DNA of 52,931 nt, counting the filler, from Bipalium vagum (lineage: Eukaryota): assembly GCA_037834085.1 (NCBI GenBank). It is 3 parts of 3 records of this genome, joined end to end, with 100 filler letters (N's around TTAATTAATTAA, not from the genome) between each part and the next. Parts side by side here need not be neighbours in the genome. Positions count along the whole stretch, not along the records: positions 16,982 to 33,630 come from JBBMKC010100350.1; positions 33,731 to 52,931 come from JBBMKC010007725.1; 1 more part is not named here. One strand, written 5' to 3'. Position numbers and translations under genes: made by a program. Of this stretch, positions 27,111 through 37,760 are shown piece by piece (positions within the stretch are counted from its first letter, which is position 1; every line of letters starts with the position of its first letter). Under the pieces are notes generated by a model, which did no database searches, was not told where the DNA came from, and saw only the letters and a list, made by a program, of their open reading frames with translations.

Positions 27111-29293
27111 TTAATCTTTGAAATTAATTTTAAATATTGTTTTTTATTAAAGCTTTATTTTTATCCCAAAAAATTTAAGCTTAGTCACAACCAATAAATA
27201 ATTTGCTTTTCAAGGAGTTCAAAATTTAAAATTTCTGAGGAAATGAAACCTCGACTGTATATTAAATTCATTCATATATATACCTCTTGTGAAGTTAACC
27301 AAGTCTATACAAATCGACTAAAATCATAAGTATTTCAGTGTTATAATTACCACTATTTTTAGCAGACTTCAATAATCAGGTTACAGTTTAATTCCCATGA
27401 TATTTAAGCAGGGAACATTTTTTAAAGATTTCAAGTGATCGCTTACAACGATTCTTGAAAAAATTCCAATGATTTTTATTCATGAAGCAATGATTTTATA
27501 AGCTACAACTAAGTACGACTGATTCCCAATTTCTTTCTGGTAGTATCTTTCTTTTCTGAAATCAAAATTTTCGGATTTATCAAGATTAATTTTTTAGTGC
27601 TGATTGATTGCCTTACTAACAAACAATATGAAAAGATAAAAACTGGTAGCCAATAGATTGCAGAATTTCTGAAATTAGGCATCAGTCAAAATATCTCTTA
27701 AGATGTTCATATTTGATTTGGAAAACCCCATCATGTTGTTACACAACTTCATTAGAAACAGAATCAGATAGAAGAGTGAATCGGACTCTAATATTTCTTA
27801 GTAGTTTTAACTTTAAATATTTTCATTAAAATCTTAAATAGTGCTTCAATAATCAATTTTAATTTAATATCGCTTAAAAATTACACGTTAATGTTTATTT
27901 CCTGTATTAAGTAACTTCATATGATAAAAGATCATTACGGTATACGTTGATTAGAGAAAATTCTTTCACATTTACAGTACAAATATGGCGTTCAGCACCT
28001 TTCATCTTCTACAAGCTAGATTTTGAGTTAGGAGGAGTTAATGTTCGTAGACTTGATGTTTTTGATTTCTTCTTAACATTTGCATGTGACTGACTATACA
28101 TCGATTCTTTTACAAGACCCGGTTGTCATATTTTCCATAAAGTTATTTAACATGTAAGCAAATTGATAACCACTTACATTAGATTCGAAGTTTGAAAAGA
28201 TATATACTACATTTCGATATTTGAATATTAATTTGAAATTAATTCTATGATTAGTTTTTTATCAAAACTATTTTTCCAAGATTTCCATAAGATATTCTTA
28301 TGTATAACAAGAAAATGAAAAAGTTGACTTCTGCTGGACCCGTTTATTTTTACCTGTTAAAGTTTCACCTGTACCCTAATTACTAAATTATACACAAAAT
28401 TTTGGAATTGGAATTGTTTAATAATGCGGAATGGAAATATTTTATCAAATGTTAACATCCATTTGAATAAGAAATTTTCAGTATTTTTTTTCAACGTTAG
28501 AAATAAACAATATATACCGGCTGGGCTAATTTTGCAATCAGCGAAGATAAGTAAAAAATCAATATTAGAATATACATTAGGATAAGTAAATAAAAACTTA
28601 TCTTAAATGAAAAAATTATAGGCTGAAATTAATTCCTTATAACCACCAATCCTTTCTAGAAATGCCTTTCAAATTGAAATCATGTTAAGAAGTAAATATA
28701 TTTTAAGTATTTTCTTAAATATTTAAGCCAGATAACAAGACTGTCAATTTCGAAGAATACAACATATACTTATAGGGGCACTAAATAATTAAACAGAAAC
28801 GACCAGGAAAAATAAGATATTAAATGCTGTAAAAGATCTTCATGAGAAGTACTTCTGAATGTTTTTTAAACATTTTAATGAATCATTTAAGCCAATCTCT
28901 ACTCAAAAGTTAAATATATGCAAGGGTACTTAATTACGTTAATTAATATTTTATAAAATTTCATTGTAAAATTTGAATTTATCAATTAATAAATGTTAAG
29001 TTAATAGGCAGTGATTAAAATTAATTTTTTCAGTACCCATAGGTTATTTTAATAAAATAAGAATAAATCTAGTAAATTATTCACTCAAAGCCAATCTTTA
29101 TTTAAAAATGTTTAATAAGATTACATAAAACTAAATCATTTTAAGTGTCAAGTGAAAAAAGTTTTGAACTTTTTAGGAAATAAAAAAATCTGACACCTTT
29201 TATCAGAAAAACACTTCAAAATTAAATTTAACAAATATTCTTAATATATTAAAAAAGTTTGATTTTTTTAAAATAACATGGTATGAAACTTAA

Positions 29294-30169
29294 CACTACC
29301 CGACATGGGAAAAATCACTTACATGAAAGAATAATATAGGTGAAAATAATACGCTGATTACGAATCTGCAGTCCTCTCTTTCATATCGGTTCTAATTTAC
29401 TAGATACAGACCAAAGTTAACAAAATCACCATATTAGTCAAATGCATACTCCTTCATAAACCGCACTATAAGATTGTTTAAGTTTGTTTAACTACTATAA
29501 TTAATTTAACTAACAGTGAGTAACACTTTAATCCTAGATGTCTTAAATGCATTTAACTATTATAAAAATCTTTTGTATTGCAGATTCTAATTCAAAACGG
29601 TCATGCAATAAAAGCGCAAATTTTTTCTATTATATATGCGGCTTGTTCACTCCCAAGAAATATAGCAGCATTAGGGAAAGATTAAAGATTTAAAGTCAAA
29701 ATACATGATCAATCAAAGAAATGGACACCGCATATTCTTGTGAAAGTTCTATCAAGCATAATTATTAAAAAATGTCCGAATGTCGTTGAAGTTGCATTTC
29801 ATGAATACTCATTTGGATTTCTTCCATTATGATTCCAGAAATGTTTTGGACGAACATAGTGAGCAATTCAGCCAGGCGTTTCTTACCAAAGAAAAAAGGT
29901 ATTGCGATCGTGCAAATCCAGAATGATGTGAGATTTTTGTTGACTTTTAGTTAGGAATTAAATATATATCGACTTTATTAATTTATTGTATTACGTTTGT
30001 TATGTCATTGACTAGATAAAGATAATCATTGACATTCATTTCTTACCACGTAAAAATAAAACTAGAACTGATATGAAAAATTAACTTCATATTCGATTTC
30101 CTCGTCCAAAAATAACCTAGAAAGCATAAATGAGTGTTAAGTAAAAAAATTTTTGTATGTCGAGTAGTT
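29294..30169 (+). mobile_element. Internally deleted Chapaev3-like element with TIRs and TAA target duplication
   Basis: TAA|CACTACCCGACAT ... ATGTCGAGTAGTT|TAA; N-terminal FFYYICGLFT and HDQSKKWTPHI joined to C-terminal MSLKLHFMNTHLDFLP..VLDEHSEQFSQAFLTKEKRY. Confidence 0.85.
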
Positions 30170-31519
30170 TAATTTGAAAATTTAAGTTTCTAGAAAAAAA
30201 ATTAATTTAAATTATCAAGATTAATTGTAAATGCAAAAAATTATTAAAAGTTTAAGAAACTAAAAACTTTTCAATATAAATTAAAATAATTGTAAAATAA
30301 TAATAAATAATGCATATAAAGATAATATAAATAATATAATATTAACTGATATGAAATTTTAAATGTAGCACAATTAGTCAAAATTTAGATAAAAATGCCT
30401 TTAGACAGTTATTTAAATATTCTAAACCCTATCAAATCCTGAATTTATGTAAGAGTTTAATCATCATTATTTGATGCGTGTTTTAACTTTTTAATATTTT
30501 AAATTTATCAAGTGTTGACTCATAAAATAAATTAAACAATGATTTGAACTTTTTACTAGATTTATATTTCTTATTTTTCACGGTTGAGGCATTTTTGTTT
30601 GAATCAGAATAGATTAAGAATGTAATAAACTTAACACGTTACATAAACTTCAGAAAATAATATTAATGCGACCCACCGTATTTTCTAGAAAATCCAGAAT
30701 GAAAACCGATGGAAAGCCTTTTTTAATATTTTATGAAGAATTTTGAAATAGCTTGACAAGAGCATTTAAGTTAGATTTTACAAACTAGAATATTTTCAAC
30801 ACCATTAAAAGTTCAATTCAAAATTTCTGGATAAATTATGACATGGATTAAAGTAGATTGATAATACAACATAATATCATACAAGGTTATTGAAATAAAA
30901 CTCTAAAGCTAACAAAAACTATACTTATAAACTAGATTTTTGTGTGAATGAAACCCCTCCCGTTCTCAATGAACATGTGATGTTTACACATTGTTCAAAC
31001 TGAATATGTAAATATTCCGAAGATTTCATTCAAAGTTTTTTCATAGAATTTTAAGATAGATTTCGAAAACACCCTTAATATAAATATAATAAACCGCAAT
31101 ATACACACATTAAGTTTACACTTGAAAGAAAACCCAAATAAATTTAACACCTCCCTGTTTAACAAAAATTTTTTAATCGAATGATTTTATTTAATGAAAG
31201 ATAAAGATCAGAATCTGTGATGTTTTAAAGAACTTTTAAAAATTTTTTTGTTAAAATTCCAGAAAATAACACTTTAGTTATGCAATAAAAGAATTAAATA
31301 AACAATGCTAATTATATTTTTGATGTTTGTGGAAATAAATCGTAGACACCAAAAGACATGATTTTTTGTATACCTTACCAAATCAGAATGGTTGAATGAA
31401 CCGAAAATAACTACAACAACCGTCAAAAATTGAAACAAAAGATCACGTTGAATGATAGAACACTAAAAGCGAACAAGGAATTTATATTTACAAGATAACA
31501 TATATAGTACACTTTGATT

Positions 31520-32691
31520 TCAATTTTCAGTCAAGATGCTAAAAAATTGAGTTAAATTCAATGAATAATTAATTATCGAAGAAAATACCGTATTTTGACC
31601 AGAGTTAGATTACCTCTTAAGATTAAAATCATCGAGAAACACTTTACGTGAAGGAGTTATGTGAGAAGATGGTTTTGGAAGATGTAAAATTGATTTATTA
31701 TAATCCCCATCAAAAAAGTCTAATTGTTTTTTCAACTGTTTGGAAAATTTCGTTTTGTTTTTCTTTATGGCCCCAAGTCTTTCGGAAAGAGGTTTTTTAA
31801 TATTATCGTTATTTTGGAAAGTATCAGTATTTTCGATTTTTATTTTAATCGGCAATGGATTATCACTCAAATTATTTTGTTTTTCCAAAGAAACACAATT
31901 TTGATCTACTGAACGTTGTAGCATTAATGTTTCATTATAAAATTTCTATAAGAATATCGATGTGTAAAAATGGACTTTAATTACTTAAACTTACAATGTA
32001 ATTTTCATAGTGTAATTTCGTTGTACAATGTTCTTGATATGCTTTGTCGTGTGTATCAAAAAATGATTCACAAATACGACAAAAAAAGCCTTGGATAGGT
32101 AACAACATCTCCTCCCCTAAAAAATGATAAATAACCAATAATCAGATAAGGGAATCGAACCATAAATTTTGTTAGCCAAGTAAACAGGTGGAGAAGGTAT
32201 TCGAATAGAAGAAACAACAGAATTTGTCTGAGTTATAACATAACTGAGCATTGTTAGTGAAATACTTACGGATTCGTTTATAAAATCATTTGTTTTTACA
32301 TTTTCTAGAATTCGATTTTTTTCAAATGGTAAAGTGTCTTCATTAACATTTTCAATATTATTGCGATTTTGTCTATCAGAATTTAAATCGTTGATTATTA
32401 TCAAATATAATTGTGAATAAATTAAACACATTATAGACTAATTTAATTTAAAGCTTAACAGTAAAAAAAGTTAATTTTACCTTTTTACAGTTTGAATTGA
32501 TTTTAATACCTGTTTTGAAAATTATAAAAAATAATTATAATGAAAAACTACTAACCGGTACAACAGGCTCCCCAATCTTACAACGCACATAACTGTTCTA
32601 AAAATTAAAATATAATGCATCTAATTAAATATTTTTTAAGTAATACTTGAAAATTTAAAGTTGAACTCGTCATTGATTTATGGGCTGACAT
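31520..32691 (-). CDS. Matrin/U1-C-type zinc finger protein (Matrin-3/CIZ1/ZNF638-like finger), ~247-252 aa, 7-8 exons
   Basis: Exons 32691-32647, 32597-32556, 32509-32481, 32372-32270, 32227-32161, 32116-31995, then either 31945-31610 (stop) or 31945-31614 plus 31538-31520. All introns are GT-AG (49, 46, 108, 42, 44, 49, 75 nt). One frame from ATG: MSAHKSMTSSTLNFQNSYVRCKIGEPVVPVLKSIQTVKRQNRNN...PPVYLANKIYGEEMLLPIQGFFCRICESFFDTHDKAYQEHCTTKLHYENYIKFYNETLM... Confidence 0.88.
31995..32116 (-). CDS. Zinc-finger exon of the Matrin-type gene (missed by the ORF track)
   Basis: GEEMLLPIQGFFCRICESFFDTHDKAYQEHCTTKLHYENYI fits G....P..GF.C..C..F......A...HC....HY as in the Matrin-3 C-terminal finger; flanked by ttttag| and |gtaagt. 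Confidence 0.92.
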
Positions 32692-33179
32692 ATTACTTTT
32701 ACATAAACAATAAATAATATCAAATTTTAAACAAAGCTTAATCTAAAAGTTATAAACAATATTTATAATAATTAAATTACATTAATAAACTGTAATTACA
32801 TTGAATTATAATATATCGAAGTATTGTTAAATACATAATTTAAATTCTTTTCAGTTTTACTTTAATCTAAAGTTCTACTAAATAGTAATAGAAATATATC
32901 TTATTTCACGATTTTAAGAATATAAAAATTGAATGACTTAGTTATACTAAGAAAATAATGATATTTATAAATATTATAAATAATAATCAGTTAAAATTAA
33001 TTTTCATTAATCTTATTGAGAATATTATTTCATCACATGAGATTGAAGCCAAATATAAGTCATGAAATATGATGTCTAATGAAATATAATTACAATATAA
33101 TGTCCAAGGGGCTGCAATAAGTAATATTAAAATATTATGATTACTCGTTGCTAAAATATGATTAAAGTTCATCTTTAAC

Positions 33180-33630
33180 TTTGGTGGTTTTTTTGGAAAG
33201 CATGTTCACAATACGTCCACTTAGACCTAGAGTGTATCGGGTATCTGCGTCAATATCGATTTTTAAAAGGATTTTCTAATTCTTCGAAAAATGACCATGA
33301 AGACTTAAAATTAACACATACTACAAATCCTTTCATGTCTGATTGTATGTAAGATAGTATGCAACCTGGTTATATAAATGGTTAATTGTCGGTTAAGATT
33401 AAGATCCTCAATTATTCTTGCTTTTAATTCCTCTTTGTTTAAATTATTTTCTTCTTGATTTATTTTATATTATTTAAAGAACTCCGAACTTTTGATCACG
33501 TTGGGCTCACCAAATGTTAAGTTTCTTGGATACAAAGAGACTTATTTGAGTTGTTATTCTTCCAAAACTTAACGAAGCTCGAAATTTAATCAGAAGGGTT
33601 TATAGTGTGTAACGTTCAGATGATTAATAA
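33180..33630 (-). mobile_element. LTR retrotransposon 5' remnant: LTR end, tRNA-Trp-type PBS, decayed internal sequence
   Basis: Minus strand ...GAAACTTAACA (LTR end 33515), TT, TGGTGAGCCCAACGTGAT (33512-33495; 16/18 to the usual tRNA-Trp PBS TGGTGACCCCGACGTGAT). The LTR runs into the gap. Confidence 0.7.
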
Positions 33631-33730
33631 NNNNNNNNNNNNNNNNNNNNNNNNNNNNNNNNNNNNNNNNNNNNTTAATTAATTAANNNNNNNNNNNNNN
33701 NNNNNNNNNNNNNNNNNNNNNNNNNNNNNN
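33631..33730. other. Assembly gap with synthetic six-frame-stop linker
   Basis: 44 N + TTAATTAATTAA + 44 N, identical to 16882-16981. Confidence 0.97.
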
Positions 33731-35559
33731 AAAAAAGCTCATTAGAAAAGTATAGGCTTTTTTGAATATTCGAAAAAAAGTGAAAAAAGTCAACACCTTA
33801 ATATATAAAAATTATATAAATTAAAATTCAAATTTTATAAACTACATATTATTTAGTTATATAAGGATATAATTATGAAACAAATAAATGTAAAAATATT
33901 AATAATTTTGTTAGGAATGAGAAATGAGTAGCAAAATAAATTTTAATCCTAAGCTGCGAGATGTGAATTTGGCTAAAAAATATACCTCAAACCGTAGACC
34001 AAGAATTTTTCAAAATGAAATAAAAAAGTTCTATAATCAAATATCGATAATATAGAGTACATATTATGCACCATTATCATCTAAAGTTAACAGTGGATAT
34101 ATGATCTTTATTATCAGTTCTGACTTCAAAGAATATTTCGTTTTACAAATATTTTTAATCAATAAAACAATAAGTTCTGGAATTTTACTTTTATAATTAT
34201 TATTAATTTTTACGGAACCTTATTTCTATAACTATTAATTTTTCCTTTCAAAATTTGTATGGTCCCTTTATTAAAATCTCTGATTTTTAATTTTAAATAT
34301 ATCTTTACAATTAATATATAATAATTTAACAAATATAAAATTATTATCAAAAATTATATATTGAATAGGAAATATTTGATGATCCATCTCCGTTGGTAAA
34401 TAACGAAGTGAACTATTTCTTTTTATATAAAAATATTCTTAATTAATATTCTTAATTGTTATGAGAGAATTTTTAAATAGACAATTTCTTAATTAAATTA
34501 TATTTTTTCTAAAACAACTTAATTGGTATTCTTTGTGATAAGGAAGTTAGTTACTTATGAAGTTGTCTAAGTACGCTAAAACTTTACTTTTCCATACATT
34601 GAAATGTATTTCCTATTAAACTGAAATCTTTTTTGATAATATTATTATTAAAAATAAATATAGACATTTTTATTTTTCATTAACAAAGTTTATTTATTTT
34701 TCTATAATTTTTTAAAATTATATATTATTTGTTTAGAATAATAAAAAAACATTATTTAAAATTGAGTTAATTAGTGTAAATAGTAAAAGATTAATTAGTA
34801 GTCTAATTATATAAATTATATTTTAATAAAAAGCGTGGAAAAATCTTTTGTTAAGGAAACGGAAATTTTTACAACAAATATTGAATGGAGTAAGATAACC
34901 AAAAATATTTTGAAAATAAATTTATGTACTACAAAAAAAGAGTAAAAATATTTTTATCTAGATCTAGAAACGTAAATATTTAAAAAATAATTAATAATAT
35001 TCGTGTCACATTATCAATTATTATCACAATATGAAGGATTCATTGAACCAATAATCATCATTCTAAGGTAATGTCAAAAAGAAAAACAATTTCCCCTTTA
35101 CGTTTTTATAAGTCTCAATAAATTATTCTGATCTTTTTATGCACTTATTTATTATTTTGTTAATAATTTCAATTTTTGACGATTTTTCCGATTCACTTCC
35201 CGCTAGGTTAATTATTGCTCTGAGATAATCCAAAATCAAATATCAAATAGTGATTCAAGCATCCACAAAAATATAAATATAAACTCTACAGGAAAAGAGA
35301 TTCATATAATTAGATTTATTTAATCTTTGTCTAAATCTAAGGCAATAAGTCTACTCTCATTTTCTTTAAATTTTCGAAATTATTCTTCTGTTTATTATCT
35401 CGATCAGTTTTACAGGAAATCCTTTTTGCTTTTGTCATACCTACGTACCATCTTAGCATTAACTGTTCATCACTGATAATTATAAGATTATAATATGTCC
35501 GTAATTTTTCTTTTATTCTGAATTTTTCATTTTCCATTTTTAAAGAGGTTCTACTTATT

Positions 35560-36888
35560 TTGTTAAATAGAAAAAGATCAACATTATCATGTTTTCATTT
35601 CCTCAATTTTATTATTAAATACTTGTGTTTTTTGAGTTTCGTTCGATCAATGAGAGTCAAACAATTAATTGACATGACATATAGATGCTCCAATTTAAAG
35701 AAAAACAAATATATTTCACCGCCCTACTTAGCGTGTGAAATACAAAAAAAATAGAAGGTAGCTAAGAGAAAGAGCTTAAAAAATTATTTGATTCTCAGAT
35801 CCTGGTCTGAGTATTTAATTAATATTAATTTCTACAAACTGTGTCTTGTCTAACAGGACACACTTGGCTAGTTAGATATGAATATATGTGCAATACTAAT
35901 ATTATTATTATTGATCGGGACCAGTCCTAAAATCTTTGATCTTAAGACGGTTTATATTATATTATATATATAAACTGATGATAGATATAATCGTACTCTA
36001 TTACTGCAATATAATTCAAGTATGTGTAATTATTATTTAGATAAAGTATAAACGTAATTATAAACTTTAAACGACTATTATCCAACACCAAATATTAAAC
36101 TAAAAAAATATAAAAAAAAAATACGTTTAAATAAATAAATATATTAAACTTTGACACTATTCAGTATCAAGTCCGAATGAGAGATAATTACTTTTTTTAT
36201 AAAAAAGCGTAAAATTCAATGGTTGGTAGTTCGTCTGTAGTTCGTGATGGATGCTGTTAGAATCCTCTGGTTTGAAGACTGCGGGGCTTTTGGTTTAATT
36301 TAGTATCGAATTGGAATGTTGGAATATCGAATTAGAATATCAAGTTGGATTATTTGAATTGTAGGAAATACTCGATATAGTTGACCGATTATTCTGGCTG
36401 TCCTTCGTTAAGTTTCGCAGTCCTTTTTATATGATGCTGAATTTTATTATCGCTGATTTCTTCCTGTAATTTCAACTTGATCTTCGCTGTGTCCTTCCGG
36501 CAATTTGCTGTGGTTGCTTTCTCTGAAATGAATCCTGGTCGATGTTAATAATTGTCGAATAATTGCTTAATTGCTGAAGGGTTCGTCGTATAATTGTCAA
36601 ATGATTGGTATTGTAAAATTACTGAGAGATTGTTGTCAAATAGTTTTTTTACGATTGTTTTTACAATTCTAATATTTATAATATTTTTTTTGTGTGTCAC
36701 TTTAGAATTTTTTACCGTCTTTTATACAATTATTTTCTCCTTCTTTTTATTTTTAGTAAGTGTCTTTTCCCTTAATTAATTTGCTTTTCCCTCTTACTTT
36801 CCAATTTTACCATTTGCCTATGAAATTTCTTTTTAAATTTTTATTTTTAGTAACTTAATGTTACTTTAAAATTTTCTTATATAAATCT
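35560..36888 (-). mobile_element. LTR-like segment, truncated by the gap
   Basis: Same layout as 14509-15564: skewed A-rich U3-like part, TATAAAAAGG at ~36431, GC-richer R-like part, AT-rich spacer, hairpin-rich U5-like part, possible ...TTAACA end at 35561. No PBS or TSD confirmed. Confidence 0.45.
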
Positions 36889-37020
36889 NNNNNNNNNNNN
36901 NNNNNNNNNNNNNNNNNNNNNNNNNNNNNNNNNNNNNNNNNNNNNNNNNNNNNNNNNNNNNNNNNNNNNNNNNNNNNNNNNNNNNNNNNNNNNNNNNNNN
37001 NNNNNNNNNNNNNNNNNNNN
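36889..37020. other. Assembly gap (132 N)
   Basis: Run of N. Confidence 0.98.
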
Positions 37021-37323
37021 TAATGATAATTCCCACATATTAATCTACTACTTTATACTATATCTTGTTTATTATATGATCTACTTTTAATTTATTATTA
37101 TTCGTTTATCGTTTATTATTATTTAAATTTAATTATTACTTAATTATTTTTTGGTCAGAATTGGTTTACATTATTTCCACAACACATTCAATAGGTATTG
37201 TAATGGAAATAATTAAATTTATTAATGATTATTGTTTAAATAATCATAACAGGACCGATATCATTGTTTTTGAAATATACTTTGGTACTATGGATTTTCT
37301 TGATAATACTGAACAGATTAACA

Positions 37324-37341
37324 TGGCGACCACACCAGGAC
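37324..37341 (+). promoter_or_regulatory. Primer-binding site, tRNA-Arg type
   Basis: TGGCGACCAC... directly follows the CA terminus and is complementary to a tRNA 3' end ...GTGGTCGCCA; a near-identical motif precedes the Gypsy gag at 48198. Confidence 0.7.
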
Positions 37342-37481
37342 ACCAACCAGCGGACGAGGTCTCGGAAGTAAAAAATGAAAAGGAATTGAATGGAAATAGA
37401 AGTAAAAGAGACTCGGGGCGGTTAAGGATATGAATGTGAGGTTTAAAAGAGGGGGATGTGAGATAAATTGAAAATTAGTCG

Positions 37482-37524
37482 GGGGATGTAGCTCAGCGGT
37501 CAGAGCATTGCATGCGCATGTGAA
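37482..37524 (+). pseudogene. tRNA-Ala-derived 5' half (acceptor strand, D arm/A box, CGC anticodon region); not a functional tRNA
   Basis: GGGGATGTAGCTCAGCGGTCAGAGCATTGCATGCGCATGTGAA versus metazoan tRNA-Ala GGGGATGTAGCTCAGTGGTAGAGCGCATGCTTCGCATGT; T arm, B box and 3' acceptor strand are absent. Confidence 0.8.
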
Positions 37525-37706
37525 TAATGCGATAAACACGATTGGAAGTTCACACAATTATTATAGAGAGTTTTTTCGTGCAAAGAGAAAACAAAAGAAC
37601 AATTTGATAAACACGATTAAAAGTTCACACTATTAGATTGTCATGCACCAATAATCATAAAGTTTTTTAGGATGAGTTTTTCTGGTTGTCCGAATTTATT
37701 GGTGCT

Positions 37707-37710
<4 letters not shown>

Positions 37711-37741
<31 letters not shown>

Positions 37742-37760
37742 TATATATATACTATATATA
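37711..37760. repeat. (TA)n microsatellite next to a Tc1-like terminus
   Basis: TA run preceded by GTCCGAATTTATTGGTGCTGTAC, which resembles a Tc1 right TIR. Confidence 0.85.

Larger units (their letters stand above)
37021..37660 (+). mobile_element. Miniature non-autonomous LTR element (TRIM-like): LTR end, PBS, 133 bp internal region, PPT, LTR start containing a tRNA-derived segment
   Basis: ...GATTAACA|TGGCGACCACACCAGGAC (PBS 37324-37341) ... AAAAGAGGGGGA (PPT 37445-37456)|TGTGAGAT... The visible parts of the two LTRs do not overlap, so their identity cannot be checked. Confidence 0.65.

Noticed and set aside
27200-28900. Patches of coding-like sequence and scattered splice-like sites
   Set aside because: No consistent frame or motif on either strand; probably very old TE debris that cannot be classified by eye.
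37482-37555. Functional tRNA-Ala gene
   Set aside because: No T arm, B box or 3' acceptor strand; the anticodon stem is broken.
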